Notes: a model not told the origin generated them from the sequence alone. A DNA stretch of 64,000 nt from Candidatus Enterousia sp. (GCA_045630455.1 JAZQTD010000048.1:1828-65827); one strand, 5' to 3'; shown: positions 1 through 7,891, counted from the stretch's first letter. Numbers and translations are program-made.

Positions 1-1047
1 CAGGATGGTGCAATTTCTGACTTTGATTTTCTGATTGATAAGATGAAGCAGAATCGTGTTGTCGAACAACAGGTGGTAAATATTGTGCCAATTGCTGAAG
101 GGCAGGTTATGGCAACCGCAAATGGTAATAATACCGGTGCCATGATACGTGGCATCAGAATGCCTGATTTGATTGCTAAGTCCCAGGCGGGAACCCGTGT
201 ATATGGTAAGCCGTTGACCGAGATTGTCGATGGTGAATTGGTTGCAGGGGCTTCGTTGACGCGCGCGCTGAAGGTGACAATGGGGGATAATATTTCATTG
301 GTGTCTGCGAATAACGCGACACCAACACCATTTGGTTCAATGCCACGTATTATGTCGTATCCTGTGAAAAGTTCATTTTTTATGGGGATGTACGAATATG
401 ATTCAGGGTATATTTTTATGCCACTGGAAACCGCACAAAAATATTTAAATATTGGTAATGCAGTTACGCATATTGATTTGTTCCTGCGTAATCCCGAAGA
501 AACAAAGCCTGTTCTGGAAAGTTTGGCGCGTTTGTTGCCTGATGGTTTTGTCGTACGCGATTGGCGCGATTTAAATCGAGGCTTTGTTGGGGCGTTGCAG
601 GTTGAATCAAATGTTATGTTTTTAATATTAATGTTAATTGTTATTGTTGCGGCGTTTAACATTGTTTCCAGTTTGGTTATGCTGGTTAAAGATAAAAACA
701 AAGATATTGCGGTTTTGCGTACTTTTGGTGTGTCGCGTAAATCTATGATGAAGATATTTATTTTGTCTGGAACCTCAATTGGGGCAATTGGTGCGTTCTT
801 TGGAACAATACTGGGGGTTTTGATTGCGATTTATGTGGAACCAATTCGTCAGTTTTTTCAATGGTTGACAGGGCGTGATTTATTCCCGGCGGAATTGTAT
901 TATTTGTCAGAGTTACCATCAAAGTTGGTTTGGACAGATGTTTTGGGAATTGCGTTGATTGCGGTGTTGTTGGCGTGTCTGGCAACATTGTACCCGGCGT
1001 GGAAGGCGGCAAATACAGACCCGGTTGAGGTGTTAAGAAATGAGTAA
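1..1047 (+). CDS. lolC: Lipoprotein-releasing ABC transporter permease, LolC/LolE family (5' end outside window)
   Basis: Frame 1 is open from nt 1 into the listed ORF 43..1047. C-terminal FtsX-type permease region with hydrophobic helices (FLILMLIVIVAAFNIVSSLVML, ILSGTSIGAIGAFFGTILGVLIAIYV, LGIALIAVLLACLATLYPAW). A lolD-like ATPase follows. Confidence 0.8.
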   Translation, partial: QDGAISDFDFLIDKMKQNRVVEQQVVNIVPIAEGQVMATANGNNTGAMIRGIRMPDLIAKSQAGTRVYGKPLTEIVDGELVAGASLTRALKVTMGDNISLVSANNATPTPFGSMPRIMSYPVKSSFFMGMYEYDSGYIFMPLETAQKYLNIGNAVTHIDLFLRNPEETKPVLESLARLLPDGFVVRDWRDLNRGFVGALQVESNVMFLILMLIVIVAAFNIVSSLVMLVKDKNKDIAVLRTFGVSRKSMMKIFILSGTSIGAIGAFFGTILGVLIAIYVEPIRQFFQWLTGRDLFPAELYYLSELPSKLVWTDVLGIALIAVLLACLATLYPAWKAANTDPVEVLRNE

Positions 1048-1258
1048 TAAAAAGACAAGTTTTGATGATGCCAATTTCAAGGTTGTGCTTAAAAAGTTTT
1101 TGCGCGATTGGTCTGCGATAGAGTATGAAGATAATCCGCGGTATCAAAATTTGAAGTTTGGGCATTTTACAACACCGGAACATTATGAAGCCTTGTTGGT
1201 CGCGGAACAACAAATTCAACAGATAGAGCAAGCAAAACAAAACAACGGAAAAGAATAA
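1040..1258 (+). CDS. Hypothetical 72-aa protein filling the lolC-lolD gap
   Basis: The ORF fills the whole 211-nt gap. It overlaps the lolC stop by 8 nt and its TAA abuts the lolD ATG (TAAATG at 1256..1261). No recognisable domain. Confidence 0.45.
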   Translation: MSNKKTSFDDANFKVVLKKFLRDWSAIEYEDNPRYQNLKFGHFTTPEHYEALLVAEQQIQQIEQAKQNNGKE

Positions 1259-1969
1259 ATGGCGAATATTTTGAATTCTTTGTCAAAGGTGCATTCGGCA
1301 GACGTAGTTATGTCGGTGCGTGATATTAAACGGACCTTTGTAGAAGGGGGGCAGCCTTTGCATATTTTGCGTGGTGGTGGGTTTGATTTGCATCGCGGGG
1401 AAATTATTGCGCTGGTTGGACAGTCGGGGTCGGGAAAATCGACCTTGTTGCAATGTGTTGGATTGCTGGATAAGCCCAGTTCTGGCAGTATTTTAATTAA
1501 TGGGGCCGCTGTTCAAAAGATGGATGAAGATATGCGTACACAAATTCGCAGAAATAAAATAGGCTTTGTGTATCAGCGACATAATTTATTGTCGGACTTT
1601 ACGGCACTGGAAAACGTTATGTTACCGATGCTGGCCAATGGGGTGGATGAAAATGTTGCGCGCGCGCGCGCAATAAAACTGTTGAAATCTGCAAATGTGG
1701 CACATCGTGCATCACATTTACCGGGTGAAATGTCGGGCGGGGAACAGCAACGTACTGCGGTTGCGCGGGCGCTGGCAAATAATCCTGATATATTGTTGGC
1801 CGATGAACCAACGGGCAGTTTGGACCCGCAACATGCGACGGCTGTGTTTGATTTGTTGTTGGACTTGGTTCGTAAGAACAAGATGGCAATGTTGTTCGTT
1901 ACGCATGATATGAATCTGGCAGCGCGTGCAGATAAAAAAATTACAATTGACAATGGGATTGTTATATAG
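1259..1969 (+). CDS. lolD: Lipoprotein-releasing system ATP-binding protein LolD
   Basis: ABC ATPase motifs: Walker A GQSGSGKST, signature MSGGEQQR, Walker B ILLADEPTGSLD, H-loop VTHD. Operon context with lolC. Confidence 0.85.
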   Translation: MANILNSLSKVHSADVVMSVRDIKRTFVEGGQPLHILRGGGFDLHRGEIIALVGQSGSGKSTLLQCVGLLDKPSSGSILINGAAVQKMDEDMRTQIRRNKIGFVYQRHNLLSDFTALENVMLPMLANGVDENVARARAIKLLKSANVAHRASHLPGEMSGGEQQRTAVARALANNPDILLADEPTGSLDPQHATAVFDLLLDLVRKNKMAMLFVTHDMNLAARADKKITIDNGIVI

Positions 1970-2006
1970 TGTAATATAATCATTAATGATAACAGGAGAG
2001 GGGAAT

Positions 2007-3041
2007 ATGAAAAAATCACAAGATGTTCGTGTTAAACATACCAAATCACAACGTGTTTGGGGAATATTAGCGTTGGTGGCACTGTTTGCATGCGGTGTTA
2101 TGGTTGGTTTGGATTTTGGCAGATTGAATTCCCGTCCAAAACCGGCGGATGGTATTGGTGTTAAGTTTAGTCCAAATGCAAATATTGATTTTACCGATAT
2201 AAACGTTGGTGAAACAAAAACACATAATGTTCATGTGGCTGTGAGTTCAAAACTGGATACTTTGGTTGTTAAACCAATTGATGGTATCAGCGGTTTGAAA
2301 ATTACAAATGACTGTGCGGATATTGCGCGTGTTAATGAAAAGGCAGGTTGTGACATTGTTGTTGAATATACCCCACGTGTTGCACAGGATTTAGGGCGTG
2401 TGTCATTAATTGTTGGATGGGCAGACGCATCTGGTGAAGAATTTGTTGCAGAATTGCCAATTTTGATTAAGGTGACAGACCCAAATCAAAAACCGACATG
2501 TGTTGTTATCGAAGAATTGTTGGCGCAAAGATTATACCCAGAAGCTTCACAAGAAGTATGGGAACATGAAGAAAACATCAAAATTTATGAAAAAATGGTT
2601 ATGAATGGTTGTTCAGAAAACCAGTTGAAAAATCATAAGATGGCCCAGCGTGAACGTGAAATATTGGCGGCGCTGCAACAATCAGGTACTGTTCAGCAAA
2701 CATGTGAACAAATTGAAGAATTGTTGTTGAAACAGTTGCCAGGTCCAGACGGAGATGCAGAATATCGTATTATGCGTGCAAAAATCTATGCTAATTTGTC
2801 TGAACGTGGGTGCCCAGCAAACAGTGCAAAATATGTGGACCAGGCAAAGCAAGAGTTGGAAATCGCGCGTGCGTTGGAAGATGATGAATTTGATAATGAT
2901 GAAACAATCGAGGTTGTTGAAACATATAAACGTTTGAATATGCAGGCGGCCGCTGAAGAAATATTTGAAACAGCTAAAAAATTAACAAATCCGGCAATTG
3001 ATTTCATTTTGGAAGTTGAAAAAATAATTAACGAACAATAA
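2007..3041 (+). CDS. Hypothetical membrane-anchored/secreted protein with beta-rich N-domain and two internal two-Cys repeats
   Basis: ORF track gives 1986..3041. The ATG at 2007 follows AGGAGAGGGG. N-terminal hydrophobic helix WGILALVALFACGVMVGL. Repeats TCVVIEELLAQRL...IYEKMVMNGC and TCEQIEELLLKQL...IYANLSERGC. Confidence 0.6.
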   Translation: MKKSQDVRVKHTKSQRVWGILALVALFACGVMVGLDFGRLNSRPKPADGIGVKFSPNANIDFTDINVGETKTHNVHVAVSSKLDTLVVKPIDGISGLKITNDCADIARVNEKAGCDIVVEYTPRVAQDLGRVSLIVGWADASGEEFVAELPILIKVTDPNQKPTCVVIEELLAQRLYPEASQEVWEHEENIKIYEKMVMNGCSENQLKNHKMAQREREILAALQQSGTVQQTCEQIEELLLKQLPGPDGDAEYRIMRAKIYANLSERGCPANSAKYVDQAKQELEIARALEDDEFDNDETIEVVETYKRLNMQAAAEEIFETAKKLTNPAIDFILEVEKIINEQ

Positions 3042-3053
3042 CGGGGTGCGCAG

Positions 3054-3647
3054 ATGAAATTTCTGATTATATTATTGGGAATTGTTACGGTGACTTCAAG
3101 CTTTGCGGATGAGGTTGCAGGTGTTGCGGTACGTATGACATGCGCTGAGATTAATTCAATGATTTCTGAATTATCCGCAGTAGAAGAGCCCGATACAGAT
3201 ACAATTGATGAATTGACCAAGTTAAAGGCCGATTATCGTCGCAGCTGTTCGCGTGCCGCGCGTGGACGTAAGACGTCGGCTAGTTCGCGTGTGGTTGTTG
3301 CCGAAGCGGTGGTGACGACAGAGGATGAACTGCAGACAGAAAACGACGAAAAAGATGTCAAGGCAGCCGACGTTGTTTTGGAGTCTCAATCTGAATCACA
3401 GCCAGAAGATGAAGAAGAAGTTGTGGGTCTTGAAGAAGAGGTTGTTGAAGAAGAAACTGTCCAGGGGCCAACGGAAGAAGAACTGTTGGAGCAGGAGTTA
3501 GCAAATCTGGATGCTGGTTTATGTGTGGATGGAACAAAACCAAATAAATATGGTTGTTGTACTGACGAACTGTTCAAGGATTTAGGAAATACTGTTTTTG
3601 CGTGTTGTCCCAAGGATGGGGGAGATTGTTTCCCGCCAATAAAATAG
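3054..3647 (+). CDS. Secreted acidic protein with C-terminal six-Cys domain (GGDCFPPIK)
   Basis: Signal-like N-terminus MKFLIILLGIVTVTSSFA, Glu-rich low-complexity linker, C-terminal GLCVDGTKPNKYGCCTDELFKDLGNTVFACCPKDGGDCFPPIK. Confidence 0.6.
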   Translation: MKFLIILLGIVTVTSSFADEVAGVAVRMTCAEINSMISELSAVEEPDTDTIDELTKLKADYRRSCSRAARGRKTSASSRVVVAEAVVTTEDELQTENDEKDVKAADVVLESQSESQPEDEEEVVGLEEEVVEEETVQGPTEEELLEQELANLDAGLCVDGTKPNKYGCCTDELFKDLGNTVFACCPKDGGDCFPPIK

Positions 3648-3656
3648 GGTGTTTTT

Positions 3657-3899
3657 ATGAAAAAGAATATTAATTTAGCATCAGCGGTTGTTATATCGTT
3701 TGTTTTGGGGTTCGCGTTTGGGGTCTTGGCCCATGCGGGGCGTAATATGTTCTTGTTTGCGGAACCAGGATTGTGTGTGGACGGAACCGAGCCTGATAAG
3801 CACGGTTGTTGCGAAGGGGAATTGTATACTGATATGGGTGATCTTGGGTATAATTGTTGCCCTGAAATCGGTGGGGATTGTTTTCCGCCAATAAAATAG
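3657..3899 (+). CDS. Small secreted protein consisting of signal/anchor plus the same six-Cys domain
   Basis: Hydrophobic N-terminus ASAVVISFVLGFAFGVLAHA, then GLCVDGTEPDKHGCCEGELYTDMGDLGYNCCPEIGGDCFPPIK. 28 of 43 positions are identical to the C-terminus of the upstream gene. Confidence 0.6.
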   Translation: MKKNINLASAVVISFVLGFAFGVLAHAGRNMFLFAEPGLCVDGTEPDKHGCCEGELYTDMGDLGYNCCPEIGGDCFPPIK

Positions 3900-3909
3900 T
3901 TTTTTTAGA

Positions 3910-3935
3910 TAAAAAATCCCCCGATTTGGGGGATT
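3910..3935. terminator. Bidirectional intrinsic terminator (AAAAAATCCCCC-GATTT-GGGGGATTT)
   Basis: GC stem CCCCC/GGGGG flanked by an A-run and a T-run, between convergent genes 3657..3899 (+) and secB (-). Confidence 0.7.
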
Positions 3936-3957
3936 TGTAATACATATGTGTATATAT

Positions 3958-4386
3958 TTATTGTTTTGACTTTTTCTGTTCATACAATTGAGCAAAGTCA
4001 ACTGGCTGCATCGAGAATGCAGGAAAGCCTGATTCAGATGTTAAACGTGTTACCAATGCGCGAACAGATGGGAACAACATTGTGGGTACATCAATCAATA
4101 ATGTGCGTTTTTTGTCTTCTTCGTCTTTTTCCTGTTCCATCTGTACCAGACCAGAATATGTGGATTCAATCAAGAAGATAGATTTGTCGCCAGCATCCAG
4201 TTTTGAATGAATCTTGGTTATAACATCCACTAAAAACAAATTGTTGTCGGCGCCTTTGATTTGGATGTCGATGTTGATTTCCAGTTTTGCCTGGCCGTTA
4301 TCGTTTTTAAAGAATAATTCAGGTACGTTTGGGCTTTCAAAAGAAATGTCTTTCAAGAACTGGGAAATGATATTAAATTTTGCCAT
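3958..4386 (-). CDS. secB: Protein-export chaperone SecB
   Basis: 142 aa. N-terminus MAKFNIISQFLKDISFESPNVPELFF and overall length typical of alphaproteobacterial SecB. Confidence 0.85.
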   Translation of the reverse strand: MAKFNIISQFLKDISFESPNVPELFFKNDNGQAKLEINIDIQIKGADNNLFLVDVITKIHSKLDAGDKSIFLIESTYSGLVQMEQEKDEEDKKRTLLIDVPTMLFPSVRALVTRLTSESGFPAFSMQPVDFAQLYEQKKSKQ

Positions 4387-4491
4387 TGTTAATTCTCCTT
4401 GTGGTCTTAATTTTATGGTCTGGACTTGCGTCCTGATTTTATGCTAATATAGCATTATAAAAATCTTTTACAAGTGGGGGGATTGCTAAAA

Positions 4492-5592
4492 ATGCTTTTT
4501 TTTCAAAAAAATATTGTTTTGCGTTCGTTTTTATCTGTTTTTTGTGCATTTGTCCTGGCGTCGTGTGATGTTTCTACGCCGACGGTGGTTGGGGATAATT
4601 CGGTAATTCCATCTAATTTTAAACGTGTGTCTTATTCCGATTTGCCGGGATGGCGTGATGATGATGTACGTTATGCTTTGCAGGCGTTTCGTAATTCGTG
4701 CAAGGCCAAGATTCAATATACTGGGCGATTGATTCCAGATAAGGAATTATTTGCGGAAAAATGTCGTATGTTGCCGTCTGCGTCGGCCGATGTGGCGACT
4801 GTGCGCGCATGGTTTGAATCGAATTTTCAGCCGTATCAGATTTATAATGATAATGGTGGTGACCGTGGAACTTATACGGGATATTATTCCCCAATAATTC
4901 CTGCGTGTCGTACAAAGACGGCCAATTGTAATGAACCTTTGATGGGGGTGCCAACAGATGGACGTCAGTACAAAGGTGTTCCAAAAAAGGATATTGTTGA
5001 AAAACAAATTGGACGTGTGTTGTATTGGGCTAATATCGTTGATGTGCAAAATATTCAGATTCAGGGTTCGGGAAATTTGCGTCTGGAAGATGGTACGGAT
5101 GTTAAGTTGAACTTTGCGGCCGTTAATAATATGCCGTTTAAATCAATTGGTGAAGAATTGCGTAATCGTGGTATCAGACCAAAAGGGGGCTATTCGTCCG
5201 AGGCCGTATGGCAACACCTGAAGGCAAATCCCGCGTTGGCCAAAGATGTGATTTATAAAAATCCACGTTATGTTTATTTTTATGAATCGACCCCGCCAGA
5301 TGTAATTGGCAAGTTGGGAACACCGCTGTCCAAGATTCGTAGCGTGGCAATGGATGATGATTTGTATACGTTGGGTTTGCCGGTGTATATTAATACTAAT
5401 TTGTCGGATGGTCGTCCGTTCCGTCGGTTAATGATTGCCCAGGATACTGGCAGTGCAATTCGTGGTTGGATTCGTGCGGACATCTTCTTTGGCAAGGGGG
5501 ATGAAGCATATAAATTCGCCCAAGGACAGCATGCCCAGGGTCAGATGTTTATCTTGATGCCAAAAGAATATACCTATGTCAAACCAAACTAA
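4492..5592 (+). CDS. mltA: Membrane-bound lytic murein transglycosylase A (MltA family)
   Basis: Lipoprotein-like signal (FVLASCDV). MltA/3D-domain motifs YYSPII, VAMDDDLYTLGLPVYI, AQDTGSAIRG..RADIFFGKGDEA. ORF track starts at GTG 4474; the ATG at 4492 lies downstream of GGGGGGA. Confidence 0.85.
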   Translation: MLFFQKNIVLRSFLSVFCAFVLASCDVSTPTVVGDNSVIPSNFKRVSYSDLPGWRDDDVRYALQAFRNSCKAKIQYTGRLIPDKELFAEKCRMLPSASADVATVRAWFESNFQPYQIYNDNGGDRGTYTGYYSPIIPACRTKTANCNEPLMGVPTDGRQYKGVPKKDIVEKQIGRVLYWANIVDVQNIQIQGSGNLRLEDGTDVKLNFAAVNNMPFKSIGEELRNRGIRPKGGYSSEAVWQHLKANPALAKDVIYKNPRYVYFYESTPPDVIGKLGTPLSKIRSVAMDDDLYTLGLPVYINTNLSDGRPFRRLMIAQDTGSAIRGWIRADIFFGKGDEAYKFAQGQHAQGQMFILMPKEYTYVKPN

Positions 5593-5905
5593 GAATTTTG
5601 ATGAACGCTCTAAACGTCCCCAGACAATTGGCGGGGCGTTGGGTGGTTTAATCAAAATTTTCGGGGTGCGTGCATCGGATGCAGATTTGGTCCAGCGATG
5701 GGACGAGATTATGGGACCAGATATTGCAGCGGTGGCAAAATTGGCGGCAATCAGAAAAAATCGTGATAATACCTTTAATGTTGTGCTGCGACCTGCGGTG
5801 CCGGCCTATGCGTTGCAGTTGTCGTATCGTTCTGATGAGATAATCAAGAAAATTAATAAATATTTCGGCTATAATGCCGTCGGTAAAATAAGTTTTAGAA
5901 AATGA
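5576..5905 (+). CDS. dciA: DUF721/DciA-like protein
   Basis: 109 aa with the DUF721 pattern (W..IMGPDIA...L.V.V.....A.EL......II.KIN...G...V.KI.F). Overlaps the mltA end by 17 nt. Confidence 0.65.
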   Translation: MSNQTKNFDERSKRPQTIGGALGGLIKIFGVRASDADLVQRWDEIMGPDIAAVAKLAAIRKNRDNTFNVVLRPAVPAYALQLSYRSDEIIKKINKYFGYNAVGKISFRK

Positions 5906-6327
5906 AAAAGGGGTGTGGGATGACTTTTATTTTGCTTGTTTTTATTGGTGCGGCGTTAGAAATTGCCTATAATCCATCTGAAAGTATCTGGATTAGTATG
6001 TTGTTATTTATTGCGATAGATTTTATTGTGCAGTTTTTTTCATTGTGTACCGAAATTGTGACTGTGAAATCAAAAAAAATAAAAAAAGTTGGTTTTTTTA
6101 AACTTAAGCATCGTGTAATAAACACAACAGATGGATGCGAGTTGTTTAATGTTAATGATGATGCTTTCCTGAAATTTAATGCAAGAAAAATTCAGTCCAA
6201 AATAAAAGTTGGTAAGACGTATCAGGTGAAAATGTATAGGATTGCCTTGAGTGGTAAATATAATATTTTGTCTGTACGTGAAGTGCGGCCTGTTGTACGT
6301 AAGAAATCTGGGAAAAAATCAAAATGA
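5902..6327 (+). CDS. Hypothetical two-helix membrane protein, basic C-terminus
   Basis: ATGA overlaps at both ends (with dciA at 5902..5905 and with ruvC at 6324..6327). Two hydrophobic helices, then a soluble Lys-rich domain. Confidence 0.5.
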   Translation: MKKGCGMTFILLVFIGAALEIAYNPSESIWISMLLFIAIDFIVQFFSLCTEIVTVKSKKIKKVGFFKLKHRVINTTDGCELFNVNDDAFLKFNARKIQSKIKVGKTYQVKMYRIALSGKYNILSVREVRPVVRKKSGKKSK

Positions 6328-6803
6328 CACGACGTGTGTTGGGGATTGACCCGGGACTTTTGCATACAGGTTGGGCGGTGGTGGATACATGTGGTCAATC
6401 ACGTAAATATGTTGCCAGTGGCGTTATATTGCCAAATGCAAAAATGGAAATGTCCCAACGTTTGGTTACTATCTTTCGTGAATTGGGAAAAATCTGTGAA
6501 ACTTTTCAACCCGATGAATGCAGTATTGAAATCATTTTTGTAAACAAAAATCCCAAGACAACATTGTTGTTGGGGCAGGCGCGATCTGCTGCAATTGTTG
6601 CAGTGGCCAATCATGATATTCCCGTTTTTGAATATGAACCAAATGTTATAAAAAAGGCTTTGACGGGGGCGGGGCATGCGGACAAGGCTGCGATGGATAA
6701 AATGGTGCAAATTTTATTGCCGGTGGCCAAACCAAAAACGCCGGATGAAGCCGATGCGATTGCAATTGCTTTGGCGCATACCAATATGGTGCGATATCAA
6801 TAA
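6324..6803 (+). CDS. ruvC: Crossover junction endodeoxyribonuclease RuvC
   Basis: RVLGIDPGLLHTGWAVVD N-terminus, central ECSIEIIFV, C-terminal PDEADAIAIALAH. 159 aa. Confidence 0.9.
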   Translation: MTRRVLGIDPGLLHTGWAVVDTCGQSRKYVASGVILPNAKMEMSQRLVTIFRELGKICETFQPDECSIEIIFVNKNPKTTLLLGQARSAAIVAVANHDIPVFEYEPNVIKKALTGAGHADKAAMDKMVQILLPVAKPKTPDEADAIAIALAHTNMVRYQ

Positions 6804-6813
6804 TTTTGATTTA

Positions 6814-7371
6814 TCAGAAGTTATAAATCATTCCCAGACCATAAAATGCATAAGAATTGTTTTCCGGTGCGGTGTTGCCGTTGGAAAAATGTTGGGCAAA
6901 GAATTCAATGCTGCTGCATTCTGACAGTCTGTATCCGCCACCGAATTTAAATGTGAATATCAGTTTTGAGCCTATGCGTTCGTTTTGCTGGACCTGGAAT
7001 CCGGCACCAAGACCGATGAAAGTGTACCATTTTTTCCCGTAAAATGGGATGATGTCTTCGGATATAATGCCGATTGGAATTGTGAATTTTTCCCAATCCC
7101 AACCATATCTTTGACCGTACCCAATTGTTTGTATTATATTTAATGATTTGCGTGCATGCAGTCTGAAAAAATTTGCCGGTTGGGAATATTGGGCGGCAAT
7201 CATTGCAAATGGTACCCATTGTGTTGGCGGGGGCAACAAAAATCCCCCGTTTACGCCGGTGCCGATATTAAATGCAAGTTGATTTTCGTATCCATTAAAA
7301 AATGGATTGGTTTCTGCCGTTGCGGGCAGGGTGAAGGATAGTAAAAAAAGTGCGCATAAAAATTTTTTCAT
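6814..7371 (-). CDS. Outer-membrane lipid A deacylase-like protein (PagL / acyloxyacyl hydrolase family)
   Basis: Signal peptide MKKFLCALFLLSFTLPATA. Beta-barrel-like alternating pattern, terminal aromatic (..MIYNF). HFSNG motif resembles the PagL His/Ser site. Confidence 0.55.
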   Translation of the reverse strand: MKKFLCALFLLSFTLPATAETNPFFNGYENQLAFNIGTGVNGGFLLPPPTQWVPFAMIAAQYSQPANFFRLHARKSLNIIQTIGYGQRYGWDWEKFTIPIGIISEDIIPFYGKKWYTFIGLGAGFQVQQNERIGSKLIFTFKFGGGYRLSECSSIEFFAQHFSNGNTAPENNSYAFYGLGMIYNF

Positions 7372-7436
7372 CTGTATGATTTTATTATAAAAAACAATGA
7401 TTTCTTATAAGAATATAATCGGGGTGCTGGTTTTTC

Positions 7437-7464
7437 TTGCAATTAAAAAAAAAGTTGTTATAAT
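7437..7464 (+). promoter_or_regulatory. Sigma70-like promoter for the tRNA (TTGCAA-16 nt-TATAAT)
   Basis: -35 TTGCAA at 7437..7442 and -10 TATAAT at 7459..7464, 11 nt upstream of the tRNA 5' end. Confidence 0.5.
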
Positions 7465-7475
7465 GCGTGGCGTTT

Positions 7476-7550
7476 GGCAGCGTAGCTCAGTGGTAGAGCA
7501 GAGGAATCATAATCCTTTGGTCGGGGGTCCGAATCCCTCCGCTGCTACCA
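7476..7550 (+). tRNA. tRNA with CAU anticodon (elongator Met or lysidine-dependent Ile2)
   Basis: Hand-folded cloverleaf: acceptor GGCAGCG/CGCTGCT, D arm GCTC-AGTGGTA-GAGC, anticodon arm GAGGA-ATCATAA-TCCTT, T arm GGGGG-TCCGAAT-CCCTC, encoded ACCA. Lacks initiator features. The T loop reads TCC rather than TTC. Confidence 0.85.
7532..7550 (+). repeat. Direct repeat copy 1 (tRNA 3' end AATCCCTCCGCTGCTACCA)
   Basis: Exact 19-nt match to 7708..7726. Confidence 0.9.
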
Positions 7551-7557
7551 AAGATTC

Positions 7558-7586
7558 AACCCCGATTTATTCGGGGTTTAATTTTT
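7558..7586 (+). terminator. Intrinsic terminator after the tRNA
   Basis: AACCCCG-ATTTATT-CGGGGTT followed by TAATTTTT. Confidence 0.6.
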
Positions 7587-7707
7587 GGTATAGTTGTGGT
7601 GGATAAGGACCCCAGGGTCCGACAAAATAGCAGGTTTTGCAAGTGCAACGCAGCGAAACCGTTGCGATTTGGAAAGGGACCCGCACACAAAGTGTGTGGG
7701 AATACAC

Positions 7708-7726
7708 AATCCCTCCGCTGCTACCA
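7708..7726 (+). repeat. Direct repeat copy 2 (orphan tRNA 3' end)
   Basis: AATCCCTCCGCTGCTACCA repeated 176 nt downstream of copy 1 with no tRNA body in front of it. Confidence 0.9.
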
Positions 7727-7730
7727 GAAT

Positions 7731-7760
7731 AAAAAAACGACCCGATGGGTCGTTTTTTTA
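7731..7760 (+). terminator. Intrinsic terminator after the orphan tRNA 3' end
   Basis: AAAAAAACGACCC-GAT-GGGTCGTTTTTTT. Confidence 0.65.
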
Positions 7761-7850
7761 TTCTGTGCGTCGGGGTGGTGAAGGATAACCATATGGGGGG
7801 CCAACCCACAGGCAAAAGGATATAATACTTTACAAAAGTGATACAAATAT

Positions 7851-7880
7851 AATTAATAAACACCGCCACGGGGGCGGTGA
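7851..7880 (-). terminator. Intrinsic terminator of the 80-aa Cys-rich gene
   Basis: On the minus strand, CACCGCC-CCCGT-GGCGGTG followed by TTTATTAATT, 12 nt after the stop at 7892. Confidence 0.55.
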
Positions 7881-7891
7881 AAATGGATTTA

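Noticed and set aside
3948-4447. Two 77-aa plus-strand ORFs
   Set aside because: Antisense to secB, which is confidently identified.
7590-7726. Possible tmRNA (including the two-piece alphaproteobacterial form) ending in the orphan ..GCTGCTACCA tail
   Set aside because: The acceptor strand is that of the adjacent CAU tRNA and has no G3:U70 alanine identity pair. There is no canonical T loop, no recognisable tag ORF and no resume codon. The duplication is better explained as an att-type repeat.
7397-7869. ORF-track entries 7397..7606, 7567..7869, 7594..7788 and 7596..7781
   Set aside because: They run across the tRNA gene, its terminators and the repeat. They have no RBS and their composition is driven by RNA structure. 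Judged spurious.
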